A DNA stretch of 64,000 nucleotides from Gammaproteobacteria bacterium (GCA_965237805.1 OZ250153.1:768001-832000); one strand, 5' to 3'. Shown: positions 38,096 to 48,733, counted from the stretch's first letter. Made by a program: numbers and translations. The notes: generated from the sequence alone by a model not told the origin.

Positions 38096-39197
38096 TCGAC
38101 TCCGAGGCTCCTAGCTCGGCGAGGCTACGCGCCCGATGGTCACTGGCAAGGGCCTCGAAAATCTGCTCTAGATGACCGTCTAACACCATGGGCAGCTGGT
38201 GCAGAGTCAGACCGATGCGGTGGTCGGTGATGCGTCCTTGGGGAAAGTTGTAGGTGCGTATGCGCTCGGAACGGTCGCCACGACCGACCATGTTGCGGCG
38301 CTGTGCCGCCTGCGCTTCGTTGCGCTCGGCCCGCGCCCGGTCGAGCAGACGGGCGCGCAACAACTCCATGGCGCGCAATCGGTTCTGCATCTGCGAGCGC
38401 TGTGCTTGGCACTCCACAACCACGCCGGTAGGCAGATGCGTCAAGCGCACGGCAGAATCTGTCTTGTTGACATGCTGCCCACCGGCACCCGAGGCGCGAA
38501 AAGTATCCACCCGCAGCTCGGATTTGTCGATCTCTATCTCATCGATCGCCCCCGCCGCTGGCAGCACCGCCACCGTGCAGGCCGAGGTGTGCAGACGCCC
38601 TTGGGACTCGGTGGACGGCACGCGTTGCACACGATGGACACCGGACTCAAAGCGCATCGCTGCGTAGCTGCCGTCGCCGACCAAACGACTGATCAATTCC
38701 TTGTAGCCACCGTATTCGCCAGTGCGCTGGCTCAGCAGCTCTAGCTGCCAACCCCGACGCTCGGCGTGCCGTGCGTACATGCGGAACAAATCGCCAGCAA
38801 ACAATGCCGCTTCCTCACCACCCGTGCCGGCGCGGATCTCCAAAAAAAGCTCGTTGGCGTCGGCGCCTTCCTCCGCCGCCGCACGTTTGAGCAACAGCCT
38901 CCGCAGGCGCTCCATCAAGTCGCTGCGCGCGCTGTCGATGCTACGCAACTCCTCCGCGGCCATGTCCCGCACTTCGCTGTCGGCATCGCTGAGCAGCGCA
39001 CGTGCGCCCGTCTCGTCCTCGCCCAGCTGGCAGTATTCCCGGTAGAGTTTTGCCAACGGTGCCAAGACAGACAGCTCACGCGACAGCTGGGTCAGCACAG
39101 CTGGCTTGCACAAGGCTTCGGGAGAGGCTAAGCGCCGTTCCAACTCCGAGTGGCGACGATGGATGCTCTGCAGCTGAGCGATCAGCATCTCTGTCAC
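38082..39197 (-). CDS. prfA: Peptide chain release factor 1
   Basis: EIRAGTGG.EAALF, ESGVHRVQRVP, GAGGQHVN, GDRSERIRTYN; downstream of hemA. Confidence 0.96.
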   Translation of the reverse strand: MTEMLIAQLQSIHRRHSELERRLASPEALCKPAVLTQLSRELSVLAPLAKLYREYCQLGEDETGARALLSDADSEVRDMAAEELRSIDSARSDLMERLRRLLLKRAAAEEGADANELFLEIRAGTGGEEAALFAGDLFRMYARHAERRGWQLELLSQRTGEYGGYKELISRLVGDGSYAAMRFESGVHRVQRVPSTESQGRLHTSACTVAVLPAAGAIDEIEIDKSELRVDTFRASGAGGQHVNKTDSAVRLTHLPTGVVVECQAQRSQMQNRLRAMELLRARLLDRARAERNEAQAAQRRNMVGRGDRSERIRTYNFPQGRITDHRIGLTLHQLPMVLDGHLEQIFEALASDHRARSLAELGASESTSGD

Positions 39198-40555
39198 GAT
39201 GGCCCCTTGGGCGAGTCGACAGCTGGGGTGATAGCGGGGCTATCCGGCTCGACCGGACCATCAGCAATGGCCTCGTCGGCAGCTGGCGCACCGTCACGCA
39301 CGCCCCGTAGCAAATGCAGCAGCTCCGTGCGCGCAGTCTCAAAATCAGCTCCCTCACGTTCAGCAAAAACGCGCCGTATATGGGCGCTGGGCGCATGCGT
39401 CAACTTGCGCGTCAAGGTGTGTGCCAGTAGCTCGAGTACCGTGTGCGGCTCGATACCATTGTCTAGCTGATTCAGCGCACGAGCCAAAGCCACATCGCGC
39501 TGCTGCTCGGCCTGCTGGCGGTAGCTGGTAATCAACGCACCCGCTGCCCGCTGCCGCTCGGCACTGCGGTAGGCCACCCGTCCCGTCTCCAGCAGCGCCT
39601 CGGCCTCCGGCAGCTCGGCCGCACGACGGCGACGACTCTCCTCCAGCTGCTGCCACAGGTCATCGAGGCTGTAAAGGTAGACATTATCCAGCGTGTGGAC
39701 TGCGGGATCAACATTGCGCGGCACGGCGAGGTCAACGATCAGCAACGGACGCTGCGACGGGCGCGGTCCGGCGCGCTCCACATCGGCACGGCTCATCAAC
39801 GCAGCCGAGCTGCCAGCGCCGCAGATGATGATATCGGCCTGCCCGAGCGCCGATGACAACTCCGCCAATGGCAGGTAATCGGCCGACAGCGAGCGCGCCA
39901 GCTCGGCGGCCGTGTCTTGGCTGCGATTGGCAATGGTGATGCTCCCCACACCGCTGTCGCCAAAATGCTTCAGCACCGAGCGGACGATGTCGCCGACCCC
40001 GACCGCCAGCAGCTGCAGCTGCCCCGTCTCGGTAAATATTTGAGCCGCCAGTGTGGCGATAACCGAGGGCAGGGAGACCGGGTGGCGACCGATCGATGTC
40101 TCGGTGCGCACCTGTTTGGCGACACGGAATAGCTGCTGGAAAACCGGATCCAGCATCGGGCCGACCAAGCTGTGTTGCCGAGCCTGCGCCACGGCTTGCT
40201 TCATCTGTCCCAAGATCTGCGTTTCGCCCAACACCATCGAATCGATGCCTGAAGCGACACGCATACCGTGCAACACGGCATCATCACCCCGATAGTGGTA
40301 GGCCTCGCGCTGCAGACGGCCAGCGGCAATGGCACCGCGCCTTTCCAGCCAGCTCAACAGGGCATCGGATGGTGCTGCGCCAGCATGGTAGAGCTCGGTT
40401 CGGTTACAGGTGGACAATAGTACGCACTCGTCCAGCGCTGGCAGCTCAGCGAGGGCGCGCAAGGCATCTGGCAACTCATCGGCGGTGAAGGCCACGCGTT
40501 CGCGTAACCAGATCTCGGCTCGCCGATAGTTGATCCCTGTAACCGAAAAAGACAT
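39194..40555 (-). CDS. hemA: Glutamyl-tRNA reductase
   Basis: LSTCNRTE, SG.DSMVLGETQILGQ, IANRS, DLAVPRN motifs. Confidence 0.95.
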   Translation of the reverse strand: MSFSVTGINYRRAEIWLRERVAFTADELPDALRALAELPALDECVLLSTCNRTELYHAGAAPSDALLSWLERRGAIAAGRLQREAYHYRGDDAVLHGMRVASGIDSMVLGETQILGQMKQAVAQARQHSLVGPMLDPVFQQLFRVAKQVRTETSIGRHPVSLPSVIATLAAQIFTETGQLQLLAVGVGDIVRSVLKHFGDSGVGSITIANRSQDTAAELARSLSADYLPLAELSSALGQADIIICGAGSSAALMSRADVERAGPRPSQRPLLIVDLAVPRNVDPAVHTLDNVYLYSLDDLWQQLEESRRRRAAELPEAEALLETGRVAYRSAERQRAAGALITSYRQQAEQQRDVALARALNQLDNGIEPHTVLELLAHTLTRKLTHAPSAHIRRVFAEREGADFETARTELLHLLRGVRDGAPAADEAIADGPVEPDSPAITPAVDSPKGPS

Positions 40556-40622
40556 TACTCTATTAGGGAGATGGCCTAAAACCCCACAGTGTATTTTAAC
40601 CACTGCGCCACCGAGTCTCACC

Positions 40623-42350
40623 ATGCGTCCCCTGATCCCTCTATTAGCCAGCGGTTTGCTGTGTGCCTGCGCGACCCACGGCGAGCTGTCCGCCTTTCCA
40701 AAGAACTCGCTCCACCAATTGCTGGCTGGCGAATTCGCTAGGGCGCGAGGCGAGCACGAACAGGCCATGGAGCGCTATTTGCAACAGGCACAGCAGACGG
40801 GCGATGCCGAAATCGCACGACAGGCAGCACAATTGGCTTACAGCCTCGGACATGATGACGAAGCGCAAAGCGCCTTGCGTATCTGGCTTGCGGCCGCGAC
40901 AACAGCGGGGGAAGACAGCCCCGCTCAGGCGCATATGATGCTGGGGCAGCTGCTACTCGCACGCGGTGAGGCGCAGGCAGGGCAGCAACAACTGGAGCAG
41001 GCGCTGGCGGCTGGGGCACACCCCAATTTCGCACAGCTGGCACGACAGCTGCGCATCGGCTCAACCCACGGACGCCGAGCGACAGCTCAGGCGCTCTCCC
41101 AGCTGGTGCTGCCCGACGACAGCCAAGAGCTGCTCGAAGCCTCGCGCCGACATGGACTCGCCTTGATGCTGGAGGCCGACGGCCAGCTCGAAGCTGCGCT
41201 GACACAATTTGATCGGGCACGCGCAGTCTATGCTAGAGATGCGGGTTCAAGGCTGCAAGACGGCTGGTGGCTACGGGACGAAGCGCGACTATTGACACGC
41301 CTTGAGCGCGGCACAGAACAGCTGCGCCGCCAGCGGCAGCTGGTGGCGGCGAATCCCGAACTGCCCAATCTGCGCTGGCGGCTGATCGGGCAATTGCGGC
41401 ACAGGCACCAGCTGCAAGCCGCCCTAGCAGAGCTGCGGGACTGGCTGCGGCAACATCCTCTGGATCCCGTATTGCTGTTGCAGGCCAGTTTGCTGTGTCT
41501 GCAATTGGGTCAGCTCGATACAGCTGGCGAATACTTGGGTCAATTGCACGAGATCGCAGGCTATCGTACCGTGGCATTGCGTTATTTAGCACAGCTGAGC
41601 GCGGGTCGAGGCGACACCGAGGAGGCGGCGGCGCAACGCCGCCAAGCTGCGGCTGCAGCTGTGCCCATGCCCGGCCTGCGACAGCTTGTGCCATTGCTGG
41701 AGCGGGACGAGGACATCGCCGAATATCGGGCACTGGCGCAGCAGCTGCGGGCGGCGCGACCGGAGTTGGCAGTGCGTTTATATGCCCAAGAAGCACAGCT
41801 GCTCAACCACAAGGGGCGCTGGCGACAAAGCGCCGCTCTGCTCGACAACGCGGTGACGCAATTCCCGCAAAACAGTCATTTTGCCTATATGCGCGCGCTG
41901 GCCGTCATCGAGGGCGGCGAGGCGATAGACGGCATCGCGCAGCTGCGCACTTTGCTGGCGCAGTCACCGGAAAACACTTCTCTACAAAATGCCCTCGGCT
42001 ACTCGCTTGCCGACGAGGGGCTTGCACTCGAAGAGGCGCTGAGATTGATCCAGAGTGCACTGCGGCAACAGCCCGTAGAAGCCGCATTCATCGACAGCTT
42101 GGGTTGGACGCTGTACCGCCTCGGTCGTATGGATGAGGCACAACGCCACTTGGAGCGCGCCTTGCGGCTGTCGCTACATCAGTGGCAGGATGATGCCGAG
42201 ATCACCGCCCACCTCGGCGAGCTGCTGTGGGTGCAGGGGCGTCGCGAAGACGCGCTCGAATTGTGGCAACGCGCGCTGGCGCTGGCACCGGAGCATCAGT
42301 TGTTGCGGCGCACCATGGAACGTTTGCACGGCGCGGTCGGCGACTCCTGA
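40623..42350 (+). CDS. TPR-containing lipoprotein of the hemA-divergent operon
   Basis: Lipobox LCAC, LLAGEFA, NALGYSLAD...DSLGW.LYRLG...HLGELLW; conserved position before lolB. Confidence 0.85.
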   Translation: MRPLIPLLASGLLCACATHGELSAFPKNSLHQLLAGEFARARGEHEQAMERYLQQAQQTGDAEIARQAAQLAYSLGHDDEAQSALRIWLAAATTAGEDSPAQAHMMLGQLLLARGEAQAGQQQLEQALAAGAHPNFAQLARQLRIGSTHGRRATAQALSQLVLPDDSQELLEASRRHGLALMLEADGQLEAALTQFDRARAVYARDAGSRLQDGWWLRDEARLLTRLERGTEQLRRQRQLVAANPELPNLRWRLIGQLRHRHQLQAALAELRDWLRQHPLDPVLLLQASLLCLQLGQLDTAGEYLGQLHEIAGYRTVALRYLAQLSAGRGDTEEAAAQRRQAAAAAVPMPGLRQLVPLLERDEDIAEYRALAQQLRAARPELAVRLYAQEAQLLNHKGRWRQSAALLDNAVTQFPQNSHFAYMRALAVIEGGEAIDGIAQLRTLLAQSPENTSLQNALGYSLADEGLALEEALRLIQSALRQQPVEAAFIDSLGWTLYRLGRMDEAQRHLERALRLSLHQWQDDAEITAHLGELLWVQGRREDALELWQRALALAPEHQLLRRTMERLHGAVGDS

Positions 42351-42354
42351 ACTG

Positions 42355-43029
42355 ATGGTGGCTCAACGAAGCGGCGAGAGCCAGCTGATCGTGATGCGGA
42401 GTTGCCTGCGCTCGGACGATGGGCTGCGGCACTGGAGGGTTCTCGGTAGCCTTGCCCTGCTGTCGGTGTTGGCGGGCTGCCTGAGTACAGCGTCGCTAGA
42501 CCTTGGGGATCCCAGAGTGACCCAATCTCTGGCCTCAGCTCCGGCATCGTGGCAGTTGCGCGGACGGGTGGTGCTGCACGGTGAAGATGGCCGCCGCCTC
42601 GGCAGCTCGCTACTCTGGCACCAACAAGGGGAACGATACACCGTGACTCTCGCCCACACCTTGGGCGCTGTCCTGCGGCTCGAATGGGACGGTGACCAAG
42701 CCTGCCTGCGACGTGGCGCAGCAACACCGCAATGCGTCTCCGACCCGCAGCGACTGGCGCAGCTGCTCACCGGCGGCACCGCATTGCCGATGGCGCAGCT
42801 GCGCTATTGGCTACTGGGACGCGCCGCGCCCGGCGACGAGCTGTTGCGCACGCGCGGCGGGCAGCCACTGGAGCTGGCACGAGGGCCGTGGCAGCTGTAT
42901 TTCGGCCCCCGTCTACGGCGCGGTGGGGCACGCTCCTTGCCGCGCGAACTCAAACTGTGGCACACCAAACGGCTGGTGCTGCAATTCCGACCGCGGCTGT
43001 GGGTAGCCGCTGGGAGAGTGGCACCGTGA
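42355..43029 (+). CDS. lolB: Outer-membrane lipoprotein LolB
   Basis: Lipobox LAGC, WQLRGR, W.Q, LP..L.YWL.G; position between the TPR gene and ispE. Start uncertain. Confidence 0.75.
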   Translation: MVAQRSGESQLIVMRSCLRSDDGLRHWRVLGSLALLSVLAGCLSTASLDLGDPRVTQSLASAPASWQLRGRVVLHGEDGRRLGSSLLWHQQGERYTVTLAHTLGAVLRLEWDGDQACLRRGAATPQCVSDPQRLAQLLTGGTALPMAQLRYWLLGRAAPGDELLRTRGGQPLELARGPWQLYFGPRLRRGGARSLPRELKLWHTKRLVLQFRPRLWVAAGRVAP

Positions 43030-43865
43030 CGGGTGCGCCGAAGCGGGTCATGCGGCTCAGAGCGCTGGCCAAAATCAATCTCTTCCTGCATATCAACGGA
43101 CGTCGCGGAGATGGGCGGCACCAGCTGCAGACGGCATTCCAATTTCTCGACCGTGGCGACAACGTCACCGTGCGCCTGCGTGGCGACCGCCGCATCCATA
43201 GCCGGGGCGAGCCGCCGGGTGCCCTCGCACTGCGTGCAGCACGGCTGTTGCAAGCGGCCACTGGCGGCACGCAGGGTGCCGAGATCGAGATCGTCAAACG
43301 ACTGCCGATAGGTGGCGGTTTGGGCGGAGGCAGCTCCGATGCGGCAGCAGTACTGATCGCGCTGAACCTGCTGTGGAAGACACAGCTCGGTCCAGCTGCC
43401 ATCGCTCGGCTCGGTGCCCGGCTCGGTGCCGATGTGCCATTATTTGTCTACGGTCGGGCGGCTTGGGGCGAAGGAGTGGGTGATCTGCTGTGGCCGATGG
43501 ACTTCGAGGAGCGGCGCTGGCTGGTGGCAGTGCCACCCCGTGGAGTGGCCACCGCAGCGGTCTTCGCCCACCCACAACTGCGCCGCGACACGCCGCCGCT
43601 CCAAATCGATGCGGCAGTGGCAGAGCGCGCCCACAACGACTGCGAGACGGCGGTGGCAGCGTTGCGCGGCGACATCATCGCCACTTTGTCCAGCCTGCGT
43701 CTGAAAGCCCCGACCGCACGGCTGAGCGGTAGCGGCGGCTGCCTGATCGCCCCGGTGGACGGCACAGTAAACACACGCAGCTTGGCTCGAACATTGCCGA
43801 CGGATTGGAGTTGGTTCAGCGCCAATTCGCGCAACCGTGCTGCATGGCCACGCAGCGCACTCTAA
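43026..43865 (+). CDS. ispE: 4-diphosphocytidyl-2-C-methyl-D-erythritol kinase
   Basis: AKINLFLHI.GRR.DG.H.LQT.FQF, KRLP.GGGLGGGSSDAA, LGADVP, LSGSG motifs. Confidence 0.93.
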   Translation: MTGAPKRVMRLRALAKINLFLHINGRRGDGRHQLQTAFQFLDRGDNVTVRLRGDRRIHSRGEPPGALALRAARLLQAATGGTQGAEIEIVKRLPIGGGLGGGSSDAAAVLIALNLLWKTQLGPAAIARLGARLGADVPLFVYGRAAWGEGVGDLLWPMDFEERRWLVAVPPRGVATAAVFAHPQLRRDTPPLQIDAAVAERAHNDCETAVAALRGDIIATLSSLRLKAPTARLSGSGGCLIAPVDGTVNTRSLARTLPTDWSWFSANSRNRAAWPRSAL

Positions 43866-43937
43866 GCGCAAAAGCGCACCATATCTGGCACCTCTTTAGC
43901 GCACCGCCTTTTTGCCGAGATAGTCGCGCAAGTCCCG

Positions 43938-44689
43938 CTACTCTTGCTGGTAGCCCAGCAATTTGATGTCTTCATAGTAGCGCGCCATCAGACGCAACAA
44001 TTCTGGCGTGTAATAGTCACGATCATCGTAATCCACGCTCAGGTTGACCAGCTCCAAGGGCTGTAGCTGATATTTTTCCTGGATCGGCGCAAAATCTTCA
44101 GCCAGCCGCTCGTGCTTGCCAATAGAGTCGACCACCGACCGGTAACCACAATGTGTGCAAAAAGACTGCGGCACGAAATAGGGATCGTACTTCGTAAACG
44201 GGAGGTTGACAACGGTTCGGACGACGTCTGCAAAATTCATCTTCACATGCCAAGGCGCAAGGGTGTGATCACTGTGGAACATAAAGTGCTGGTCGGCTTT
44301 TTCGAGCATTGCAAACTGCTGCACATAGAACAATACAAAGCGCTGAAAGTGGTTTCTGACAAAAGTGGATTTAAAATAGGACTGTTGCTTTGGGGAGAGA
44401 GCCTCTCGACTGGGAATATTCTGGTGTAGCCGCCACATATCCAGCAGCAGTTGCTCTTTGTCTAGCCCGAGATCCTCCGCCAGTACCAGCTTGATCGCCT
44501 ATCTGGCGACCTTGGGCATCGCCAGCATAGGCATATTGCGAACGATCGGAAACGACCCAAGATCGCCACTTTTTCTTCCCGGCGGGGGTGGCTATCGGCA
44601 AGCTCACTCAACCAATAGAAATTCCCCCTCCACGGCTTGGGCAACAGGCGGTGCCCAAAGCGCAGGGCATTAAAAAGCGCGGCATGCAT
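43938..44689 (-). pseudogene. Degenerate sulfotransferase family 2 (carbohydrate sulfotransferase-like) gene
   Basis: MPKVAR*AIK (5'-PSB-like, with in-frame TAG), YFKSTFVRN.FQR, PQ, IGK.ERL.EDF, YY.D..LLGY; upstream part is in other frames. Confidence 0.6.
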
Positions 44690-44876
44690 GACAGAAAAAC
44701 ACTCGGCGATTCCCTCTTGTTGCCGCCCCACCGCAATAGAGCACAACGAACGCTCCCAAGGGAACGCTCCAAGGGCAGTTGAAACCGCCTTACAACCAGT
44801 ATTGGTCAAGGCTCAATAGCGCAACCACCTACCGAACCGATGACAGCTATCGTCGTGGCGGTCGGACAGCGCCAAA

Positions 44877-44905
44877 TTGACAGCTGGCGGTACGCCGGTA
44901 AAAAT
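44877..44905 (+). promoter_or_regulatory. Putative sigma70 promoter for tRNA-Gln/prs
   Basis: TTGACA followed after 16-17 nt by TAAAAAT, about 35 bp before the tRNA. Confidence 0.5.
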
Positions 44906-44940
44906 GTACGGTGCAATCCCGAGCGGACGGCGCACAGCGA

Positions 44941-45012
44941 TGGGGCGTGGCCAAGTGGTAAGGCACCGGGTTTTGATCCCGGGGATCGTAGGTTCGAATC
45001 CTACCGCCCCAG
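44941..45012 (+). tRNA. tRNA-Gln (TTG)
   Basis: TGGGGCG/CGCCCCA acceptor stem, D-loop AAGTGGTAA, anticodon arm CCGGG-TTTTGAT-CCCGG, T-loop TTCGAAT; canonical ispE-prs position. Confidence 0.96.
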
Positions 45013-45178
45013 CCGCCCCGACAATTCCGAGCCAGCGCCCGGGCAGTAGCGCACTCGCAGCCACCAATTATCTTGGCGATGGGGATCATCATCCACCAGC
45101 CAAACCGACTACAATAGCCGCCCGGCCACCCACTGCCACTCCTGATTTGGCACTCGGCGCGCCCCTTAAGAAAACACT

Positions 45179-46126
45179 ATGAACGGCAATCTCCAGTTAT
45201 TTACTGGCCGCGCCCATCCGGAATTAGGGCAAAAAGTTGCCCAAATGCTCGGGGTGCGGCTCGGCGCAGCCTCCGTCACCACCTTTAGGGACGGCGAGAT
45301 TGCCATCGAGCTGGAGGAAAATGTGCGCGGCAAGGATGTGTTCTTGATCCAGCCAACCTGCGCACCGCCAAACCACAACCTGATGGAGCTGTTGCTGATG
45401 GCCGATGCGATGCACCGCGCCTCGGCTACCCGCGTCACCGCCGTGGTACCCTACTTCGGCTACGCTCGCCAAGATCGGCGCGTCTACTCGGCTCGGGTGC
45501 CGATCAGCGCCAAGGTGGTGGCCGACATGATCGAAGGCGTGCACATCGACCGGGTGTTGACCGTGGATCTGCATGCCGAGCCAATCCAAGGCTTCTTCGG
45601 AATTCCGGTGGACAACATCTTCGGCTCGCCAGTGCTGATCGATCACCTGCGCTCTTTAGATCTGGGGCAGAAGCCAGTGCTGGTCTCGCCCGATATCGGC
45701 GGCGTGGTGCGCGCCCGTGCTTTCGCCAAAACGCTCGATGCCGAACTCGCTATCATCGACAAGCGCCGACCGCGCCCCAACGAGGTGGGGGCCATGCGCG
45801 TCATCGGCGATGTCGACGGGCGCAGCTGCGTCATCGCCGATGACATCGTCGACACCGGTGGCACCCTCTGCCAAGCGGCCAAGGTTCTCAAACAAAGCGG
45901 TGCGCAACGGGTGATCGCCTGTTGCACCCATCCGGTGCTGTCCGGTGATGCCGTACAGCTCATTGAGGAGTCGGATCTTGATCAGTTGGTCGTGACGAAC
46001 ACCATCCCGCTACAGGAAGATGCCACCAAATGCGAACGCATCCAGCTGTTGGACATTGCCAACCTGCTGGCTGAGTCGATCCGCCGCATCAGCAACGAGG
46101 AATCCCTCAGCATCCTGTTCCGCTGA
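45179..46126 (+). CDS. prs: Ribose-phosphate pyrophosphokinase
   Basis: [37 protein letters not shown] motifs. Confidence 0.97.
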   Translation: MNGNLQLFTGRAHPELGQKVAQMLGVRLGAASVTTFRDGEIAIELEENVRGKDVFLIQPTCAPPNHNLMELLLMADAMHRASATRVTAVVPYFGYARQDRRVYSARVPISAKVVADMIEGVHIDRVLTVDLHAEPIQGFFGIPVDNIFGSPVLIDHLRSLDLGQKPVLVSPDIGGVVRARAFAKTLDAELAIIDKRRPRPNEVGAMRVIGDVDGRSCVIADDIVDTGGTLCQAAKVLKQSGAQRVIACCTHPVLSGDAVQLIEESDLDQLVVTNTIPLQEDATKCERIQLLDIANLLAESIRRISNEESLSILFR

Positions 46127-46207
46127 GCTGGCACAGGCCACCGGGGCCACTGCGAGCCGAACATCCCCCAACCTATTCAATCTCGACCATAACAGAGCGA
46201 CCACACC

Positions 46208-46927
46208 ATGTCCGATCAGATCGCCCTAGATGCCCAACCACGCACGGGTCGTGGCAAGAGCGCCGCACGCGCACTGCGCAAAAAATACGACATGGTGCCG
46301 GCCATCGTCTACAGCGGCAACAGCGAGCCGACCGCCGTCCAGCTCGCGCACAAGGACATAAGCCGCGCTTTGGAGCGGGAGAGCATCTATTCCCAAGTAT
46401 TGACGTTGCGCACTGCGGGCCAACCGGAGCAAGTGGTGCTCAAACAGGTGCACCGCCACCCGGCCAAAGCCCGCATCCTACATGTGGACTTCATGCGCAT
46501 CAGCGCCGGTCAGCGTGTCAGCCTGCATGTGCCAGTGCACTTCCTCAACGAGGAGCGTTGCATCGGCGTTAAAGAGCAGGGCGGCCTGCTGACTCATACA
46601 TCAACCAGTGTGGAGCTGCGCGGCCTGCCCGAAGCCTTACCCGAGTACATCGAGGTAGATGTGGCGGCACTCGGCATCGGCGACACCATCCATATCTCCG
46701 ATTTGACGCTGTCCGAAGGCGTGGAGAGTGTCGCCTTGACGCAGGGAACCGAACACGACTCGGCCATCGTCAATGTGATCTCACCACGCGGTGGCATCCA
46801 AGAAGAGGCAGAAGAGGCAGCGGAAGCGGCGGCGGAAGCGGCAGAAGCGGCGGTAGGCGATGGCGATGACGATGACGATGACGAGACCGAAAGCGCCGAC
46901 ACCGAGGAAGAGGCCACCGACAGCTGA
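46208..46927 (+). CDS. rplY: 50S ribosomal protein L25/Ctc
   Basis: R..GKSAARALR...VPAIVY, HP.K..ILHVDF, LPEYIEVDV; acidic tail. Confidence 0.95.
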   Translation: MSDQIALDAQPRTGRGKSAARALRKKYDMVPAIVYSGNSEPTAVQLAHKDISRALERESIYSQVLTLRTAGQPEQVVLKQVHRHPAKARILHVDFMRISAGQRVSLHVPVHFLNEERCIGVKEQGGLLTHTSTSVELRGLPEALPEYIEVDVAALGIGDTIHISDLTLSEGVESVALTQGTEHDSAIVNVISPRGGIQEEAEEAAEAAAEAAEAAVGDGDDDDDDETESADTEEEATDS

Positions 46928-46989
46928 GCCCGTCGCCCGTACGCCGCAAGGCTCGGGGTGCCGGACAGCCACTTGCCCCGCCCCCATCC

Positions 46990-47634
46990 ATGCGACTACT
47001 CGTCGGTCTCGGCAACCCCGGCGCAGCCTATCAGGGGACGCGTCACAATCTCGGTGCGGCATTCGTCGCGGCGCTGGCCGCACGACACCAAGTGGTGTTG
47101 CGCCCTCAGCGGCGCTTCAAAGGCCAGTGCGGTCGGCTACAGCTCGGCGAGAACGAATTACTACTGTTCATCCCCAGCACTTTCATGAATGAGAGTGGGC
47201 GGGCGGTGGTGCCGCTGTTGCGCTATCACCGCATACCCATAACGCAGATGCTGGTGGTGCATGACGAGTTGGATTTGCCTCCCGGAGCCGCTCGCCTCAA
47301 GCGCGGTGGCGGTGCCGCCGGACACAACGGCCTGCGGGATTTGATCGCATCGCTGGGCGGGCACACCGACTTTGCACGGCTACGCATCGGCATCGGGCAC
47401 CCCAGACACAGCGCAGCGGTCACGCGCTATGTACTGGGGCGCTCCACGAGTGATGATCGGGAGCGCTGCGCGGCGGCTCTAGACGCAGCAGCTAAGGCGC
47501 TCCCCGTGTTGTTGCAGGATGGCTGGGAACGTGCCGCCACCCAGCTGCACACCGCCACCCGCACGACACCCGTCAAAGATGATGGTGACGGCGACAGCAA
47601 GCCGGACGACGCCCCAAGCAAGGGCGCGGGATGA
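46990..47634 (+). CDS. pth: Peptidyl-tRNA hydrolase
   Basis: LVGLGNPG..Y..TRHN.G, FMNESG, HDELDL, GHNGL, RLRIGIG motifs. Confidence 0.97.
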   Translation: MRLLVGLGNPGAAYQGTRHNLGAAFVAALAARHQVVLRPQRRFKGQCGRLQLGENELLLFIPSTFMNESGRAVVPLLRYHRIPITQMLVVHDELDLPPGAARLKRGGGAAGHNGLRDLIASLGGHTDFARLRIGIGHPRHSAAVTRYVLGRSTSDDRERCAAALDAAAKALPVLLQDGWERAATQLHTATRTTPVKDDGDGDSKPDDAPSKGAG

Positions 47635-47638
47635 GTGC

Positions 47639-48733
47639 ATGAGCTTCCGCTGTGGCATCGTCGGCCTGCCGAATGTCGGCAAATCGACGCTGTTTAACGC
47701 CCTGACCCGTCTCGGCGCAGCAGCGGAAAACTTCCCTTTCTGCACCATCGACCCCAACATTGGCATAGCACCAGTGCCCGACCCGCGCCTCCAGCAGCTG
47801 GCGGCCATCGTCGAACCGCAAAAAGTGGTGCCCAATCATGTCGAATTTGTCGATGTCGCCGGGCTGGTGGCAGGTGCCAGTAAAGGCGACGGCCTCGGCA
47901 ACCAATTCTTGGGGCAGCTGCGGGAAACCGATGCGCTGGTGCATGTGGTGCGCTGCTTCGAAGACGACAACATCAGCCATGTCACCGAGCGCATCGAGCC
48001 GCTGGCCGATGCCGACACCATCAACACAGAGTTGATGCTGGCCGACATGGACAGTGTCGAGCGGCAGCTGGAACGCGCCCGGCGCGGTGCCAAGGGCTGT
48101 GATGCCGGGGCGGCAACCGCTGCGGTATTGCTGGAGCGCTTCTGGGATTTGCTCGCTACTGGCAAGGCGGCACGCTCACTGGAATTGGAGCCCACGCAAC
48201 GAGTGCTGGCCAACAGCTTTGGGCTGCTGAGCGCCAAGCCGATGCTCTATGTGGCCAATGTAAACGAGGACTCGACCGAGAATAGTATGGGCAGTGCCAC
48301 TGCTGCGCTGGCCGAGAGGGCGCGGCGAGAGGGTGCCAAAATGCTCTCGCTGTGCGTCCAGCTGGAGGCCGAGCTGAGTGAGTTGGAAGAAAATGAGGCA
48401 GCGGAGATGCTCGCCGGACTGGGGCTGGAGGAGCCGGGGCTGAACCGCTTGGTGTGCGCTGGCCACCAGCTGCTAAGACTCAACACTTTCTTTACCGTCG
48501 GGCCGCAGGAACTGCGAGCTTGGACCCTGCCCCAAGGTATGGCGGCAGCGGCGGCGGGCGGTCGCATCCACAGCGACTTCGAGCAACGCTTCATCCGTGC
48601 CGAGGTCATCGCCTACGAGGATTTCGTCAGCTGCGGCGGCGAACAGGGGGCACGCGAAGCTGGCAAATGGCGGCTGGAGGGGCGCGACTATGTGGTGTGC
48701 GATGGCGATGTCATGCACTTCCGACACGGCTGA
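47639..48733 (+). CDS. ychF: Redox-regulated ATPase YchF
   Basis: GIVGLPNVGKSTLFNALT, FPFCTIDPN, DVAGLV.GAS.G.GLGNQFL, IHSDF..FIRAEV motifs. Confidence 0.97.
   Translation: MSFRCGIVGLPNVGKSTLFNALTRLGAAAENFPFCTIDPNIGIAPVPDPRLQQLAAIVEPQKVVPNHVEFVDVAGLVAGASKGDGLGNQFLGQLRETDALVHVVRCFEDDNISHVTERIEPLADADTINTELMLADMDSVERQLERARRGAKGCDAGAATAAVLLERFWDLLATGKAARSLELEPTQRVLANSFGLLSAKPMLYVANVNEDSTENSMGSATAALAERARREGAKMLSLCVQLEAELSELEENEAAEMLAGLGLEEPGLNRLVCAGHQLLRLNTFFTVGPQELRAWTLPQGMAAAAAGGRIHSDFEQRFIRAEVIAYEDFVSCGGEQGAREAGKWRLEGRDYVVCDGDVMHFRHG

Noticed and set aside
44941-45180. tRNA-Gln as an active integration site
   Set aside because: No integrase and no duplicated tRNA 3' end was seen; prs follows directly.
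46800-46927. Low-complexity gaagcggc / gatgac repeats
   Set aside because: Ordinary acidic tail of L25/Ctc.
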